This document shows, in pieces, positions 10,903 to 23,989 of a DNA stretch of 64,000 bases. Position numbers and translations under genes: made by a program. Below the pieces are notes generated by a model, which saw only the letters and a list, made by a program, of their open reading frames with translations, was not told where the DNA came from and did no database searches. Positions within the stretch are counted from its first letter, which is position 1; every line of letters starts with the position of its first letter. Origin of the DNA: Hamiltosporidium tvaerminnensis FI-OER-3-3 (Eukaryota; Fungi; Microsporidia); contig CM061250.1 in the NCBI GenBank assembly GCA_022605425.2, forward strand, positions 992,001 through 1,056,000, written 5' to 3'.

Positions 10903-13086
10903 TTATTTAGAATCTACAAAAGCTTTGAAATTTTTTATAGATTCTTCGTACGTAGGGTAGGACTTTATATTTTCTCTGATCCATTTAGAAAGGAATTCAT
11001 TAGATCTCTTTTCTTTATATCTTGCGTCAAGTAGGAAAACGGCACCCCAATCCTCCTTATGTCTTACAACCCTTCCTATTGCCTGATTAACTGCACGATA
11101 AGCTTGCATTTCATACCAAGCTCTACCATTCATTTTTTTAAATTTATCATTATATTCTCGTTTCAATTCTACTTGTACATCTTTAAAACTTGGAAACGGA
11201 ATACCAATTCCAATTACAGCACGAGCTAAATCATCTTTAAAATCAACACCCTCACTTGCTTTACCCCTAAATACACATAGAAGTACTGCATTTTGTTTAT
11301 TCTGAACACATTTTTTATAATTTTTTAAAATATTTTCAAATGCACTTAGTTTACCTATTTTTGGTTCCAAAAATAAGTTTTTAAATTTTAATTTTTCTAG
11401 AATTGTACCAAGTTTTTCTAAAAACACATAACTAGGTACGAAAACCAACACACCGCCTTTGCTTCCCACGGCATTTTTTATATCCGAAATCGCTTTACTG
11501 ATTTGATCCAAGTAATTCGCGCTTGCCATATTTCCGTAGGTCCCAATTATTGAATTATTTGAATATCCTTTATCTAGCGCACAAATGAATACATTGGAAG
11601 GTGAAATCACATGGGGTGCTTCTACCACATGTTTAAAATCTGCACCAAGTTCACCCATTACTGCATTAAATGGTACCAAAGTACCCGAAAGCAGAACCAA
11701 GGCTCGACAACTTGAAGCAACCTGTTTAAAAATATAGGAAGGGTCTAGCAACCAAAGATTCAAACTATAACCACTTCTGCCATTAATACTCCGTTGAAAT
11801 ACAAGCGCATATCCTTCACACTTTTCAATCATTATTTTATCTGCCACAAATAATAAGCTCTCTATTATTTGTGAACTACTCAGTCCAATCAAATCTCTTC
11901 CTTCATCTACGGAATTCAGAGCATATATATGCCCTTTCAATTTACGAATATTTTCAATATCCAATCCTATTTCATTAAATTCATTTACAATCTCTTTTCC
12001 CTTCTTTATTTTGTAAATAAAATCGTTGTCTTTTTTATCGTAAAAAGAATTTGCAAATGAATTCTTGCTATCATTATTAGCAGTATTTTTATAAGATTCG
12101 TTATTATTAACTGGCAAATTGTTAAAAAATGTGTTTTCTTTAATATTTCCAGCTGATAATCGAATATCCTTCTTATTATTAAATCCAGCACCATTAAAAC
12201 TTACATTCTCTTTATTTTTTAAGGAGTTATCACAATAGTCTTTAATTTTTTTTATGATTCCAAGAATTCCTAAAAGATCATTTCTTAAACTGCTCATTCC
12301 AATTTTTCGGAGAGAAGAAACAAGTTCGTTGTTGAGAATATCTAAAATATTGGATGTTAAATCAAGTGAACCAGCAGATCTACACGTATCTTCTACATTA
12401 TGTGCTTCATCTATTAAAAGTATTGTATTGTGAAGAGAAATATTTAATGTAGAACGTATTGCAGGATCAAGTATGTAATTATACGGTGCAAACACCAGTG
12501 TTGCTTTGTCTGCTAAAATACGAGAAGCATAGTATGGACATGCAGTACTTTGTTTTCCTTCTCTTCTAAGATCTTCTATATCATGTATAGATTCAGACAT
12601 TTTTTTACTGAGCCTATCTTTATTATTAAAATATATACATGCTTTGTTCTTAAGAAGATCACAACAAGCAGTATTTTTATCGCTGACATCTACTGGTTTG
12701 GGAGATATGCAGTATTGTGTTCTGCTGGCCAAGATAGACATTCTAGGACGATATCTTGTTTTTCTAAGTTGATTAACAAGTTGATCAAGTTGTTTGTGTG
12801 TACGAGAACAAATTATTATTTGTAATGTATCTGCACTTTCTTGACTTATATTTCCTTGTTGATCTTTTTTAATACTTTTAACAATTTCATTTCTCTTATA
12901 ATGTTCTGCCCATGCCAATACAGAACAAATTATTGATAGGCTTTTTCCTGTTCCTGTTGGACTTTCTATTATCCCTCCGCATCCCTCCTGTAGACATGAT
13001 ATAATTTTAGTCATAGTTACTATTTGTGAAGGATATGGTGGATATGGAATGTCTATAGGAATAGAAGATATTTTAATACGTGCCAT
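10903..13086 (-). CDS. XPD/Rad3-family Fe-S DNA helicase, FANCJ/RTEL1-like
   Basis: Q motif PYPSQ, ESPTGTGKS, SRTHKQL, Fe-S cysteines (YC..C..C..CPYY), DEAHN, LSGTL, RGKASEGVDF, RAVNQAIGRVVRHKEDWG. Confidence 0.93.
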   Translation of the reverse strand: MARIKISSIPIDIPYPPYPSQIVTMTKIISCLQEGCGGIIESPTGTGKSLSIICSVLAWAEHYKRNEIVKSIKKDQQGNISQESADTLQIIICSRTHKQLDQLVNQLRKTRYRPRMSILASRTQYCISPKPVDVSDKNTACCDLLKNKACIYFNNKDRLSKKMSESIHDIEDLRREGKQSTACPYYASRILADKATLVFAPYNYILDPAIRSTLNISLHNTILLIDEAHNVEDTCRSAGSLDLTSNILDILNNELVSSLRKIGMSSLRNDLLGILGIIKKIKDYCDNSLKNKENVSFNGAGFNNKKDIRLSAGNIKENTFFNNLPVNNNESYKNTANNDSKNSFANSFYDKKDNDFIYKIKKGKEIVNEFNEIGLDIENIRKLKGHIYALNSVDEGRDLIGLSSSQIIESLLFVADKIMIEKCEGYALVFQRSINGRSGYSLNLWLLDPSYIFKQVASSCRALVLLSGTLVPFNAVMGELGADFKHVVEAPHVISPSNVFICALDKGYSNNSIIGTYGNMASANYLDQISKAISDIKNAVGSKGGVLVFVPSYVFLEKLGTILEKLKFKNLFLEPKIGKLSAFENILKNYKKCVQNKQNAVLLCVFRGKASEGVDFKDDLARAVIGIGIPFPSFKDVQVELKREYNDKFKKMNGRAWYEMQAYRAVNQAIGRVVRHKEDWGAVFLLDARYKEKRSNEFLSKWIRENIKSYPTYEESIKNFKAFVDSK

Positions 13087-13780
13087 TGGGGTAGAATATA
13101 TAACTAAATGTATTTATTTCGATACCAAATAGATAAAAAAATATTGAATTATTTGGAAAAAAAAATAATTTTATCAAAGATTTGAATAATATGAAAAATA
13201 AAATAATTTCATTGGTTTAGAATAAGATGGATCTAATAGAAAATAATTGTGTTTTTTGAGTTTGGTAGTGAATTGACATTGGGTTCAGATTTTTAATTTT
13301 TAATGAATTATTAATGTAATGTTTAAATATCCACATGATATAAGCAAAAAACGTAAAAATATGAAAATTACAATAGAATTTTCAAATTTGAATCATAAAA
13401 TTGCCTTCAAAGTATTTTTATGTCAAAAATTTGTTTTTTAAAAGGAGAAAATTATCAAATTCAAGAATAGGTTTATATAAATTTTATTTTTGGCAACTTT
13501 TTAAGGCTGAATCTTGTTTTAAATACCCCGATTCATATTCTGTTGTTTTTATACGGGTCGGAATATACCGCTCGGCTTTAAATCATTTATTATTTTTAAT
13601 CAGGTCTAAAACGAATGAAATGTTATTTCATATTAGAATATATTTGCAATGTTCAATAAGTTGCCTGAAAAATTGCGGTGCGTTATATTTGCCACTAAAG
13701 ATATGTTTTGCGAAAGATTTACAAATATTTTATATATGATTGTGAACTGCAAAAAAAACTTTGTTCTTAGGAACTTTAAT

Positions 13781-16700
13781 CAAGAGTCTCCCAACTTTTT
13801 AGCTTCGGGACCATTTTACCTCTAAAAATTTTCCAAGACTAAGAATTCATTAGCTTTTGTACCAATTTTAGAAATTTATTCCTTAAGTTATTATTATTGT
13901 TTTTGAAGGAAATATTAAAAGTTTCTTATAAATGTTCAAAAAATAATAATGTTTCTTAAAAATATTTTTCAATATAATATAAAAATAAATAGAGAAGTAA
14001 ACTTTCAAAAAACACTTTTTTTAGGAAGGTAATTCTAAATCTTATCATTATATCTGTAACGCATGATTAACAATAGCTTAAGTGCTTTTTTTAATATTTG
14101 TTGTCATTTATTTTGCCCCAAAACCCATCAGAGCTTATCTTTTTTTAATCTTCTAGTGTCGATGTTAAAGGACTGAATACCGCATATATCGGAATAAAAC
14201 CCCTGCATTTATATTAATAAGTAATTAAAACCACTAAAAAAATTGAAATTGGGGTTTTTTGACACATACTGAGCTCTTGCCAAAAGAAACACGTGTATAA
14301 CCGAAAATCCCGAAAAAATCGAGCTTCTGATCTTTAGTACGACAGTCGGGGTTTTACAAATTCGAATAATTTCGAATATGTTCAATGATCAACAAAATGA
14401 CATATAATTATTTTTTTTCATTTTTATGTTTACTGTGGACTAAAATTGTTATTTTATCCTCAAATAATCAGGCCAACGTATCTCTCCAATTTTCTAATGA
14501 AAATTATGATACCTTGGCATTATACCTTTATAGTTTTTTACTAGTTGCTTTTCAACTGCGAAAAACTGTCAAAACAATATTTTGATGAAAAATCTCTAGT
14601 GAATCATACTATATTCTTATTTTTTTTCAATTTTTATTTCCTTAATTTGAATAAAATGAATACAAAGAAATATAGATAGTAGATTTTTAACGATAAAGGC
14701 AATGAGTGTCATTACCCTGTTATGGTGTGGAGTAATACGGCACTATGATTTTTTTGCATTTAAGCTATATTGGTTTTTTGAAAATACAATATTATACAGC
14801 ATTGTGCAGAGAAAGATCTTAAATCTCACATAATATTACTACAGATTTAAGAGTAAAAAAATTAAAACCCGATAAACATAGATTTAACACTTGAAAATAT
14901 TTTTCTAAGAAGGTAAAAGCTGAACGAGAAGCAGTAATTCGAGGTACTTTACGTTGCTTATTCATTGGCTAAATGTGGCAAATGGTCCACAGACACCAAA
15001 TAAATTAGAAACTCTAGAATCGCTGCATATTTCAAATTTCTTTAACATAGTTGATATATTTAGAAATTTCAATTTTTTCGACATTAAAAATAGCACAGGA
15101 AATATATAAATTCGTAGATAATGTTATTAAAGAATTGTATGTTTGAGACTGCCATTTAAAATATTCGGTTTGACTCGAAATGAACCTTACTGCCGTCTCG
15201 GATATAGGTCATTTTTTGCAATCTATTTGAATAATTAATCTAAACTAGATAGTATATGAAGAGGTTTTAAACATTATTAGCATTCACAGCAAAATTACTC
15301 AAAAAAATATTTTTAGAGAGGTTTAAAAATCTGTTAAAAAAATAATCTTCGAATGAAAAACTTGAAGTATATTACAACTACTTCCGGAAAAATATGATGT
15401 AAAAATGAGGTTTAGTTCTCTGGTATAAAAGCGGTAGCAATGACGGAGGCTCAAAACTTTGATATACATTGCATTATCACCTACAGGCGATATAAGGAAA
15501 TTCCTTGGGTATATCTAAACCCTTAAGCTAGTAACATCCACTATAAAGTATATCAAATAATATACGCAAAAACATCCCCAATTTTGTAAGTTTGTCGGCT
15601 CTTGTTTGGAAAAGTTTTGAACGAGTTTTTAAACTTAGAAAAATTATCGAGATATTTTCAAATGAAAGTAAACGTTATTTCGTCAATTCATGAGCAATGG
15701 ATGGCTATGAAAATGATGTTTTGATATAAATGAAAACAAATGTATGAATGATTTAAAATTAAAATGCAAGTAAAATGATGCTGCTTAATTACTCTTATTG
15801 AATCATATCGTCTAAAAATAGTCTTTTGTTAATTCACACGAACAAAAAATGTTTATTCATTTTAATATGTGCCAAAAATGTAGGAACGAACAGCGCCACT
15901 TATTCTAAAAGATTTTGCTCTATAGACTGCCATATTTTCCTGGAAAGCACTTAAGTTTGAAGAACGTCCCTAATAAGTAGATTTAAATCCTGCTCACCGT
16001 TCCTTTGTTGTAATAAAATGGGTGTTAATCGAAAAATATTATTGTATAATTGATTTTATTTACTTTGGTAGACCATATTAAAATTTAAAATAACTTTATA
16101 TTTGTTTAAATTTAAAAGATACAAGAATTTTTTTTTGTCGCATAAATAATTTTACGGAAACAAAATACATTGAAAGTAATTTTGATTTTCTTTTTTCATA
16201 TTATATTTAATTGCAAACGCAATTAAAATTTTGAAAGTTCTTTCACCACTGATATCACATCTCTCGATCATGAGCATCGATTGGAAATAATATATATGAT
16301 ATACGGTGATATTTTATGGAAAAAAATGCGAATTAATCATCACACTTTGTAAAAATCTTGATGTGTTACAATTCAATAACGTTCATAAATTTCCTCAAGG
16401 TTTTATCTCCGCCTTCGGAACTATCTGACAATATGAATACATATTCTCTAAAATGAAATACCCAAAAATTATTTTCTGAAAAAAATGGCAAATGAGCACT
16501 TGAAGTCGTGCTGATAAATTCTACAAGCAAAAGACCAACAATTTAAAGAAACTCTCGGAGAAAATTATAACACAATAATCTCATTAATAATTATTTAGGC
16601 TTCACATTTTTTGTTATTTTCTTCCTTTGTTGGTAAAAAAAATTCCAAAAACTAAATGAATTGTATTTGTATAATTTATTTATATTTTTGAACCTTATTT

Positions 16701-16811
16701 AAAAAAAACTTATTATGCATGATTCTCGTGACGAAAAGATGCAAGAACGATATGTAAGACGTCCCTTAGCCAGATAAAATATGTCCCGAAGCTGTAGTTT
16801 AGAGACCCTTA
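13781..16811 (+). mobile_element. Decayed hAT DNA transposon (Buster/SPIN, GTF2IRD2-like transposase relic) with both termini
   Basis: Imperfect TIRs CAAGAGTCTCCCAACTTTTTAGCTTCGGGAC vs rc TAAGGGTCTCTAAACTACAGCTTCGGGAC. Ordered relics: LDESTDVSD-like (~15165-15210), ITTD..KNM-like (~15371), HCII(H)LQA (15467-15488), AFGT...IFSKMKY dimerisation motif (16411-16461). Confidence 0.7.
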
Positions 16812-17659
16812 TTCCAATCAAAATAAATATTTTTGGCAATATGATTCCTGCTAAAATTATATTATTAGATTATCTTTACATTTGGATTTACAACTAAACT
16901 CGATCTATGATTATTCAAAAGACAGAAAATGCAAAGCGAATATATTTCTGGATAACTAAGGTATGGTTTCCGGCTAAAATATTTTAATCCGAATGCAAAA
17001 AAAATCCGATTTAATGTCCTTTTATAAAAGAAAAAAACTTGACTCTAGAGTTTACATAAAATAGATTTCATATGGTAATTACACGGGAAACTGTAAAAAT
17101 TTGGTTAAAAATTTTTTTTTGAAAAATAAATCCTTAGTTTTCCACATTAGCAGATATTTTAAACACAAATCCAGCGAATGAATTTGTTTATAAGTACTTC
17201 ATATAGTTTTACTTACACAAATATTCAATAATAATTTCAAATTAATATAATATCCGGCTTTGTCTCTATATTTATTCTGCTATTCTTTTCCAAATTCGCC
17301 TTTCGTAAAGATATAAACACCAAATATATAATAGGTATTTTAATGAATGCGAAAGTGCAAAATTTTGTAATATAGTCTTGCCGTTAGTGGTTGAAATATT
17401 TACTACCTATTAAATGCAAAAATACGAGAACAGAAATTTATAGAAGCGAAATAATAAAGTTTAAATTATTTTTTTAACAACTTTAGTATGAAGCAATAAT
17501 TTGGGGTACTATAATATTTACTTGAAAAACATAAAATAGTATATATATTTCAATCCTAATGGGTAGAAAGAAAAAATTGACAGCAAAAATATAAAAAATG
17601 AAAAAAATAAAAGCTGTGAACAGCTCGAAAACTAGTTTAAAACAGATAAAATTATGTGA

Positions 17660-20600
17660 TATGGAAGTACTATAAAGACCCGAGGGGTTCTTTCACAAAC
17701 AATCATCCATATTAATACCAAACTACCATTGAGAAACAATTGCCAGGCTACTCTAGTCTGCTCGCTTAAAATGATATTCTCGTCTGCCTGCCATTATTCG
17801 TCTGTGTGTTAACCAGCCAGTATCCCTTAAAACCTCAAGATAGCTGCTAGTTTAGAAGGAAACCAAAGGAAAGTATTGCATTCAGTACTTTACTCTGTCA
17901 CCGCCATTGGGAAAAATTGGTTTAGATGTGCTATTCTAGCAGTGCAAAAGAGTTTGAAACAATACCTATAAATCGCTAACCTGCAATTCCTAGGTACTAT
18001 AGTGAGAAATTTGGCCGTACAGTTAATTTCAATGTGTTAAAATAATTGACATAAAATGGGCAGAAAGGGAAATAATGTAAGAAGAGAATAGAGACTGATT
18101 TAGAATCGCAACATGTATCGCCGAGTCATGTTCCGTAACTGACACTTCACTCTATATTAACTTGAGAGATAAGTTCCAGTGTAAGCTCAAAGAATTCTCA
18201 GAGAAAGAAATCAAAGATGAAATGGTCCGAACTAGAAAACTTACAAATGAATTGTTAATAGAAAAGTTTTGGAACTCATAAATCGGATCACTGGTGAATA
18301 TGTTGAATCTTATGTAACCAATTTTGTTGCTGATGCAGCTCACTACTCTAGTAGATCCAGGCATACTATGAAGAAGGTACACTCAATATAAACCCACATC
18401 TGTTTTGAAAGAAAAAAATTCAAAGCAAAAGTTAAAGCTAGTAATTAAAAAGATATTACAAAGAAAGCTCGTAAGCAACGAAAGGTTTTTCGCTTCAGAA
18501 GCAATAAGCCTTAAAAAAATTATTCGAGAGTTTAATTTAAACAGGTGCGGTGCAACTGATCTCTCCGAGGCTTTCGTTAAGAAGAATAAGTCTTCAAATA
18601 TCTACAAAAAAAATATAACGATGTATGAAAATAAGAAGCAATTCAAAAAGCGAATCGCCTGTTTGTGTTAGTCCAAGATCGATCCTATCGTAGATTGTCT
18701 TAGCGCAAAGCATCTTGCGAATGTGGTTAAATGTGAAAAAATTTAAGAACTATAATTTGCATAGTAGTGCAATTATGACAAATTAGTTGCGTATAATGAT
18801 ATTTTGATACCTTTCGTCGGATACTCATCAGGCTTTGTTCGATTCGCTTGAATAATTTATAGATATTAGTAATTGGCTTCTCTTGGAAACCTTCCAGAAT
18901 AGTTTGTATTTATAATGTTTACATCAAGAAATTTACGCGTCTTCATGCATATCTTTATGATTGTAAAAGTTATTTGTTTAGAAGGAACTCGTATCCGACT
19001 GGCATTATTTTTGGATTACTTATCTGATACCTACTCGTACACCAAAGACTAGTTTTGATTTTATACCGATAACATATGTCAAAGTTAAACAAATGGACAA
19101 CAAAATGTGTTACTAAAGAAATAAGACTTGAAATGAAAAGTCGAGAGTTGCTCCAGAGATAATTAGTTAGGATTTCTTATAAGAATCAAGGAGCGAAGTA
19201 AAGCCCTATTTAATGTTGCAATTAGTAAAGAGTACAGAAACAATCTTAAGACAACACGATTGATGTTAAAAAAGCTTTAATTCTATAGATCATGCTTATT
19301 TGACTCTGAGCATTGGAAACCTCAATTTACCCGCTTGAATCCTGAAATTTATCTAAGGTAATATTATCAAAATGGAAAATTGATATATCAGTAGGGCCTG
19401 AAAAAATCATGAGCAAGAAGATTGATAGAGGGATTCTACAAGGAGATAGTTTGTCACCATTGTTGTTTTTGTTGTGTATGGATCCATTAAGCCGAAAGCT
19501 TAATGAAAAATACACAAAAGGGACAGTACAAACAGATGCAGGATTCCATTCTACCAATCATCTCTTGTTTATTGATGATCTAAAGCTCCTTGCTAAAGAC
19601 CGTTCAACATTGAGTGCTATGATAGACGAGGCAAAGGAATTTTTAAAGGTGATTGGGTTAGAGATTAACAAAGAGAAGTCAGCCACAAATGATACGTGTT
19701 GTGAAGATACTGTTACTCGTTTAGAAGGTTTTAGTGTTTACAAATATTTAGGAATAATAGAAGATAGCAGAGGAATTCAAACACGTAGCTCATTTGAAGC
19801 AGTACAAAGCAAACTGATAGCAAGAGTTGAAAGACTTTGTCACGCTAGATTAAACGCAATAAATTTATTTTCAGCAATCAATCAACATGCGATATCGTCA
19901 ATCAACTATCACATAGGAGTACTTCGACTTGAACCGACTGACTTATCTAAGTTAGATGATGTGGTGCGGGCAGTGTTGGTGAAGAATAAGATACATCTTC
20001 GCCCAGGATGTAAAGAGCGTTTGTCTCTTCTTAGAACAGAACTTGGAAGAGGCCTACATAGTGTTGAGTTGCGAAGCGAACATATGCTTCTGCAACTCTT
20101 GGATTTTCTGAAAAAAACATAACGAATCCTCAAACGGAAGAGCAAAAATCCCAAAGGTTGAGAAATATAGTAAAACTTATCAACCCCTAATAAAAAACTT
20201 TTTAAAAATAAAATACGGCTTCGAAGAGGAATTCACAAAGAAGAAATCGGAAGGGGCTCAACAAGCCAAATCATATAACGAAATCGAAAAACAAAACTAC
20301 ATATGAAGTTATTTAATACCAGAAGTAACGAGCTAGTAAGTTAAATTACACCAGAAATAGTTAAAGAAAGGAAGTTTAAGATCATTTAATTAACCAGTTT
20401 TCTGCTATATCCAGGATAGAAATGTATTCTGGAGCAGAAAGTTTGAGCCACACTATAACACGTCTATGAAAAGAGTAAATCGTTTAAGATTAAGACATAA
20501 AAAAACTTGGTTATTGCTATACCTGACAAAATAATGGAATGGTACTATGCTTAGATATTATTTTTAGATAAATATAATTTTCAGTCTTCAAAACGAATTA

Positions 20601-21500
20601 AGGCTTTTGGGTTCAGGGAAGGCTCGATAACGAGTATGCAGAGATAAGAGAATACTTCTGAATAAAAACAGAGGTCGAAATTAGGAATATTAGACCAGAT
20701 TAATCAATTATGACAAGAGGATCATATGATAATCTTCAGTATATAAGAATTAATTTCCAGGTTTTTCGAATATTTAAGGCAAAAGCTTAAGAAATATTAC
20801 TATTAGCAAATTAGTTGGATCTCATTTACAAATAATTGTGAAGATAATTTCTTATTTGATGACCTGGGACGCTATTTTAACTAAATACTATAATTATTAT
20901 CTTAAAAGAATACAAATATTCATGAATTTAAAAGAATACATTCAGTCGATAGTACTCAGGAATACAGTTGAATAATTTTTTTTGATCGAAGAAGAAAACT
21001 TGAGCCGAAACAAAATTCAGAAGTGAGTTGTGCAAGATCGTCATCAAGTGTTATCATAAGCCCAGGTGAATCCACAACTTCATTCTATCTAAAACAAATG
21101 AATAATCAGGATGGTTGTGTTAAACAGGATAATAGAAAATAATTATACCTCGTATTATTTTATATAGCGTGGAGAGAAAATAACCACATTAAAAACTATC
21201 TGGTTGGAATGAGTGTTTGAAATTGTTATACAGTTCATTGTTGAAATTTTGGTGGAATATTAACTAATATAGATTTATAGACCAATTCCCTATAATTCGT
21301 GATACACCAACTTAAAAAGACGATTGGAATATTTCCAGGTGTTCATCCTCGACACCAAGAGGTTAAAAAAGAATGGAAAATGTAAAATATCATTTGATAG
21401 GCATATACACGGCGAAGGAACTAAAAATCAATGTAAATGAAGAAACAGAAACAGATAAAGGTGTGAAGTGGCCAATCGGCTGTTAGAAATCATTTTAAAG
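17660..21500 (+). mobile_element. Decayed R4/Dong-like (RLE) non-LTR retrotransposon
   Basis: Broken RT motifs in order: (R)PITC-like ~19060, QGAK ~19187, DVKKA..SIDHAYL ~19262, then the intact RT ORF, then RPD ~20693, KY.LLAN.L ~20790 and WD 20864. 3' tail resembles 38240-38330. The 5' boundary is uncertain. Confidence 0.85.
19409..20122 (+). pseudogene. Reverse transcriptase fragment (palm/thumb) of RLE non-LTR retrotransposon
   Basis: RGILQGDSLSPLLF, LLFIDDLKL, GLEINKEKS, YKYLGI, RTELGRGL. Confidence 0.95.
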
Positions 21501-22114
21501 GTAGAAAATTTGTTATCCCATAATTTTTTGATCCTATTTCAACTTTAATGATGCAAGAAAGAAAAGTAAGGCCCGAATGAAAAATGATAACAAGAAATAT
21601 TATTTTAATAAACCAGTCTTTGTTGCATGTGCTCTAATTTTTTAAAAAAAATAGAGCATGTCTGTATGAACATCACTTATTCGGGGCCTCGTGAGAGTTT
21701 AGAACAGCTTCTTTCAAAATTACTTAAGTTTACATTTTTTTTATACAATAATCCGATCTCATCACCCCAGCTTATTAAAAATACATTACTTTTCCACAAT
21801 TTTTTCTGCTTTTGAGAATAAACTTAGAAATTTACCTTACATCATTTTCTTATTTTATTCTAAGGCTAAGGTTTTTTTTCCAAAGTAGTTTCTAGATAAT
21901 TCTCAGTTTGAGAATTCATAATAATAAACGTCTGTGAGCTTTTTATAAATTATGTCACTCTAGATAATGGCGATGTTAATTATCTATATAACAATATTAT
22001 AGAAACATGAATACACATTCTTTAATAAAACTACTAAACTCATAGCGTGTTTATAGTAAGAATTTCATTTTTGATTACCCACATGTATTTAAACTTTAGA
22101 ACAAAATAGATTTG

Positions 22115-22342
22115 TTCATTCATTCTCGGAACTACATCTCTTCGGAATCTTAGCCACCCTCTGTAATACCACCACCGGTCTCTTTCTGTTGGGTTCGTTT
22201 ACTTTTTTAGGTTTCGTAGGAATGTGGTTTTAAATGATGGGTTGTTAGCCATACGCCCAATCTGAAGGACCAGTCCCTTTTAGTCGCCTCTTATGACAAG
22301 CAAAGAATACTACAAGTCAATTCTGCTCTCGACATGGTGGGG
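22115..22342 (-). mobile_element. ~230-bp RTE-derived SINE-like element (arm-2 copy)
   Basis: Mirror of 8290-8516; contains TTAGTCGCCTCTTATGACAAGCA. Confidence 0.75.
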
Positions 22343-22502
22343 TGGAACAAAATATATTGGAAGAGCATATATGATGAAAGTAGAGCAAAATAAAATACGA
22401 CATTTAATAATTTAGAATTTATTAGAAAATCAAATTTCTATACGAGATGATGTTTTTCTCTGTTCTATTAAGAACTTAACTTTTAGCAAGAATGTTAAAA
22501 CT

Positions 22503-23789
22503 TTATTTATTTAAACACGATATCGCTCGATTTTCATCCAAAAATATGTCACTAACTCGTTTAATATCTTCTAAAATTATACTTCTATTTCTTTTCGATG
22601 CTCTTGCATTAGAAAACGTTAATAAATTCAAAGAATATCTCAGACTTGTATTTGTAGCAATATCAACTAAATATTTCAGGGATTCTTCATCAATAGCAAT
22701 ATTTTCTTCTTCCATCCGCAATTTAACTATACTTTCAATTTCTTTTCCCGTATATTCTTCAGTTTTTACTATCAAGGCTCTATCAATAAAATCCTTGGGA
22801 ATATCCTGTTCTTCTGCACCATCTTGAGTATCAATTTTTAGAATCTCTTTATTACTTGCTAAAATTAAAATCGGACAGAATTCATCCTCACTTATTTTAT
22901 TCAAAAAAGAAAAGGCTTCATTATCCAAAATATGAACCTCATCTATAAACAAAATTCCTGTAATAAATTCAGCCTTGCCTTCGTTTACCCATTCTTCTAC
23001 TTTTTTATTCACTTCTTCTCTAATTTCATTTCTTATTTCCCCACTTTCACCTGAAAACAAAGCCAAATATCCCTGTGTACGACTATTTATAACATCAATT
23101 TCATGCAATGTTACCGTTTTTTCATCCTCTTTGATTTTAATCAATTCCCCATCAGGACAACTAACATATTTAACATCGGGTCCTAAAGCATCAAAATCTC
23201 CTTTTTTAAAACTTGATTTTCCAATTTTAAAAACCTTTCCAGTCTCTTTATTTATTTGAATGACATCACCAGCAAGAATATTTTCTTTGTTGAGTTGTTC
23301 AATCATTTTTTCTCCCAAATCATACGAAGATTCCATTTCTGTTGTTTTTAAGATTATTTTACCAAAATTACGACTTTCATCCTCAATATTGATTTCAACT
23401 ACTTCTCCTTCAATAACTGTAATCTTCTCTTTTATTCTAACCGCCATACATTTTCTAATGGATTGAGTCAGACATTCACTCTTACTCATTTCTAAACTAT
23501 AGACTTCTGAACCACTTATAGTTGTGATCGGAACATTCCCTAGTGATTTTGAAAGACCGGTTGCTATAGCTGTCTTCCCTGTACCCGGCTTACCAGTCAT
23601 AAAAATTATTCTACCAGAATTTTTATTCATCAGAACCAATTTTTTTATTAAATTTAATGCTTTTCTAGCCTTTACTTGTCCAACCAATCCATCTCCAATA
23701 GCTTTTATTTCGTCATTTTCTACTCCCAAACCTGTTATATGTGAATGTGAACTAATTCTTTCCAAAGATGCAAGTTCTTTTATTTCCAT
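22503..23789 (-). CDS. RVB2: RuvB-like helicase 2, copy 2
   Basis: Near-identical to 6843-8126, with 5 substitutions and a C-terminus of LNK instead of LK. Confidence 0.96.
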   Translation of the reverse strand: MEIKELASLERISSHSHITGLGVENDEIKAIGDGLVGQVKARKALNLIKKLVLMNKNSGRIIFMTGKPGTGKTAIATGLSKSLGNVPITTISGSEVYSLEMSKSECLTQSIRKCMAVRIKEKITVIEGEVVEINIEDESRNFGKIILKTTEMESSYDLGEKMIEQLNKENILAGDVIQINKETGKVFKIGKSSFKKGDFDALGPDVKYVSCPDGELIKIKEDEKTVTLHEIDVINSRTQGYLALFSGESGEIRNEIREEVNKKVEEWVNEGKAEFITGILFIDEVHILDNEAFSFLNKISEDEFCPILILASNKEILKIDTQDGAEEQDIPKDFIDRALIVKTEEYTGKEIESIVKLRMEEENIAIDEESLKYLVDIATNTSLRYSLNLLTFSNARASKRNRSIILEDIKRVSDIFLDENRAISCLNK

Positions 23790-23989
23790 TACAACGGGTC
23801 ATTAGATTTTTTTTATTTTCAATAGATTTAAATATTCATTGAATAACAAAAAAAATATTTAAAGATTGAACGGCAAATTTTCTTTAAATTTATAAAATAA
23901 CACAGAAAAAGAAGCAAATTCAAATCGCTAAAAGTATTACATCTTAAAGGATTTTTAATAAATTAGAATGAAATATTTTAAGAAAAATT

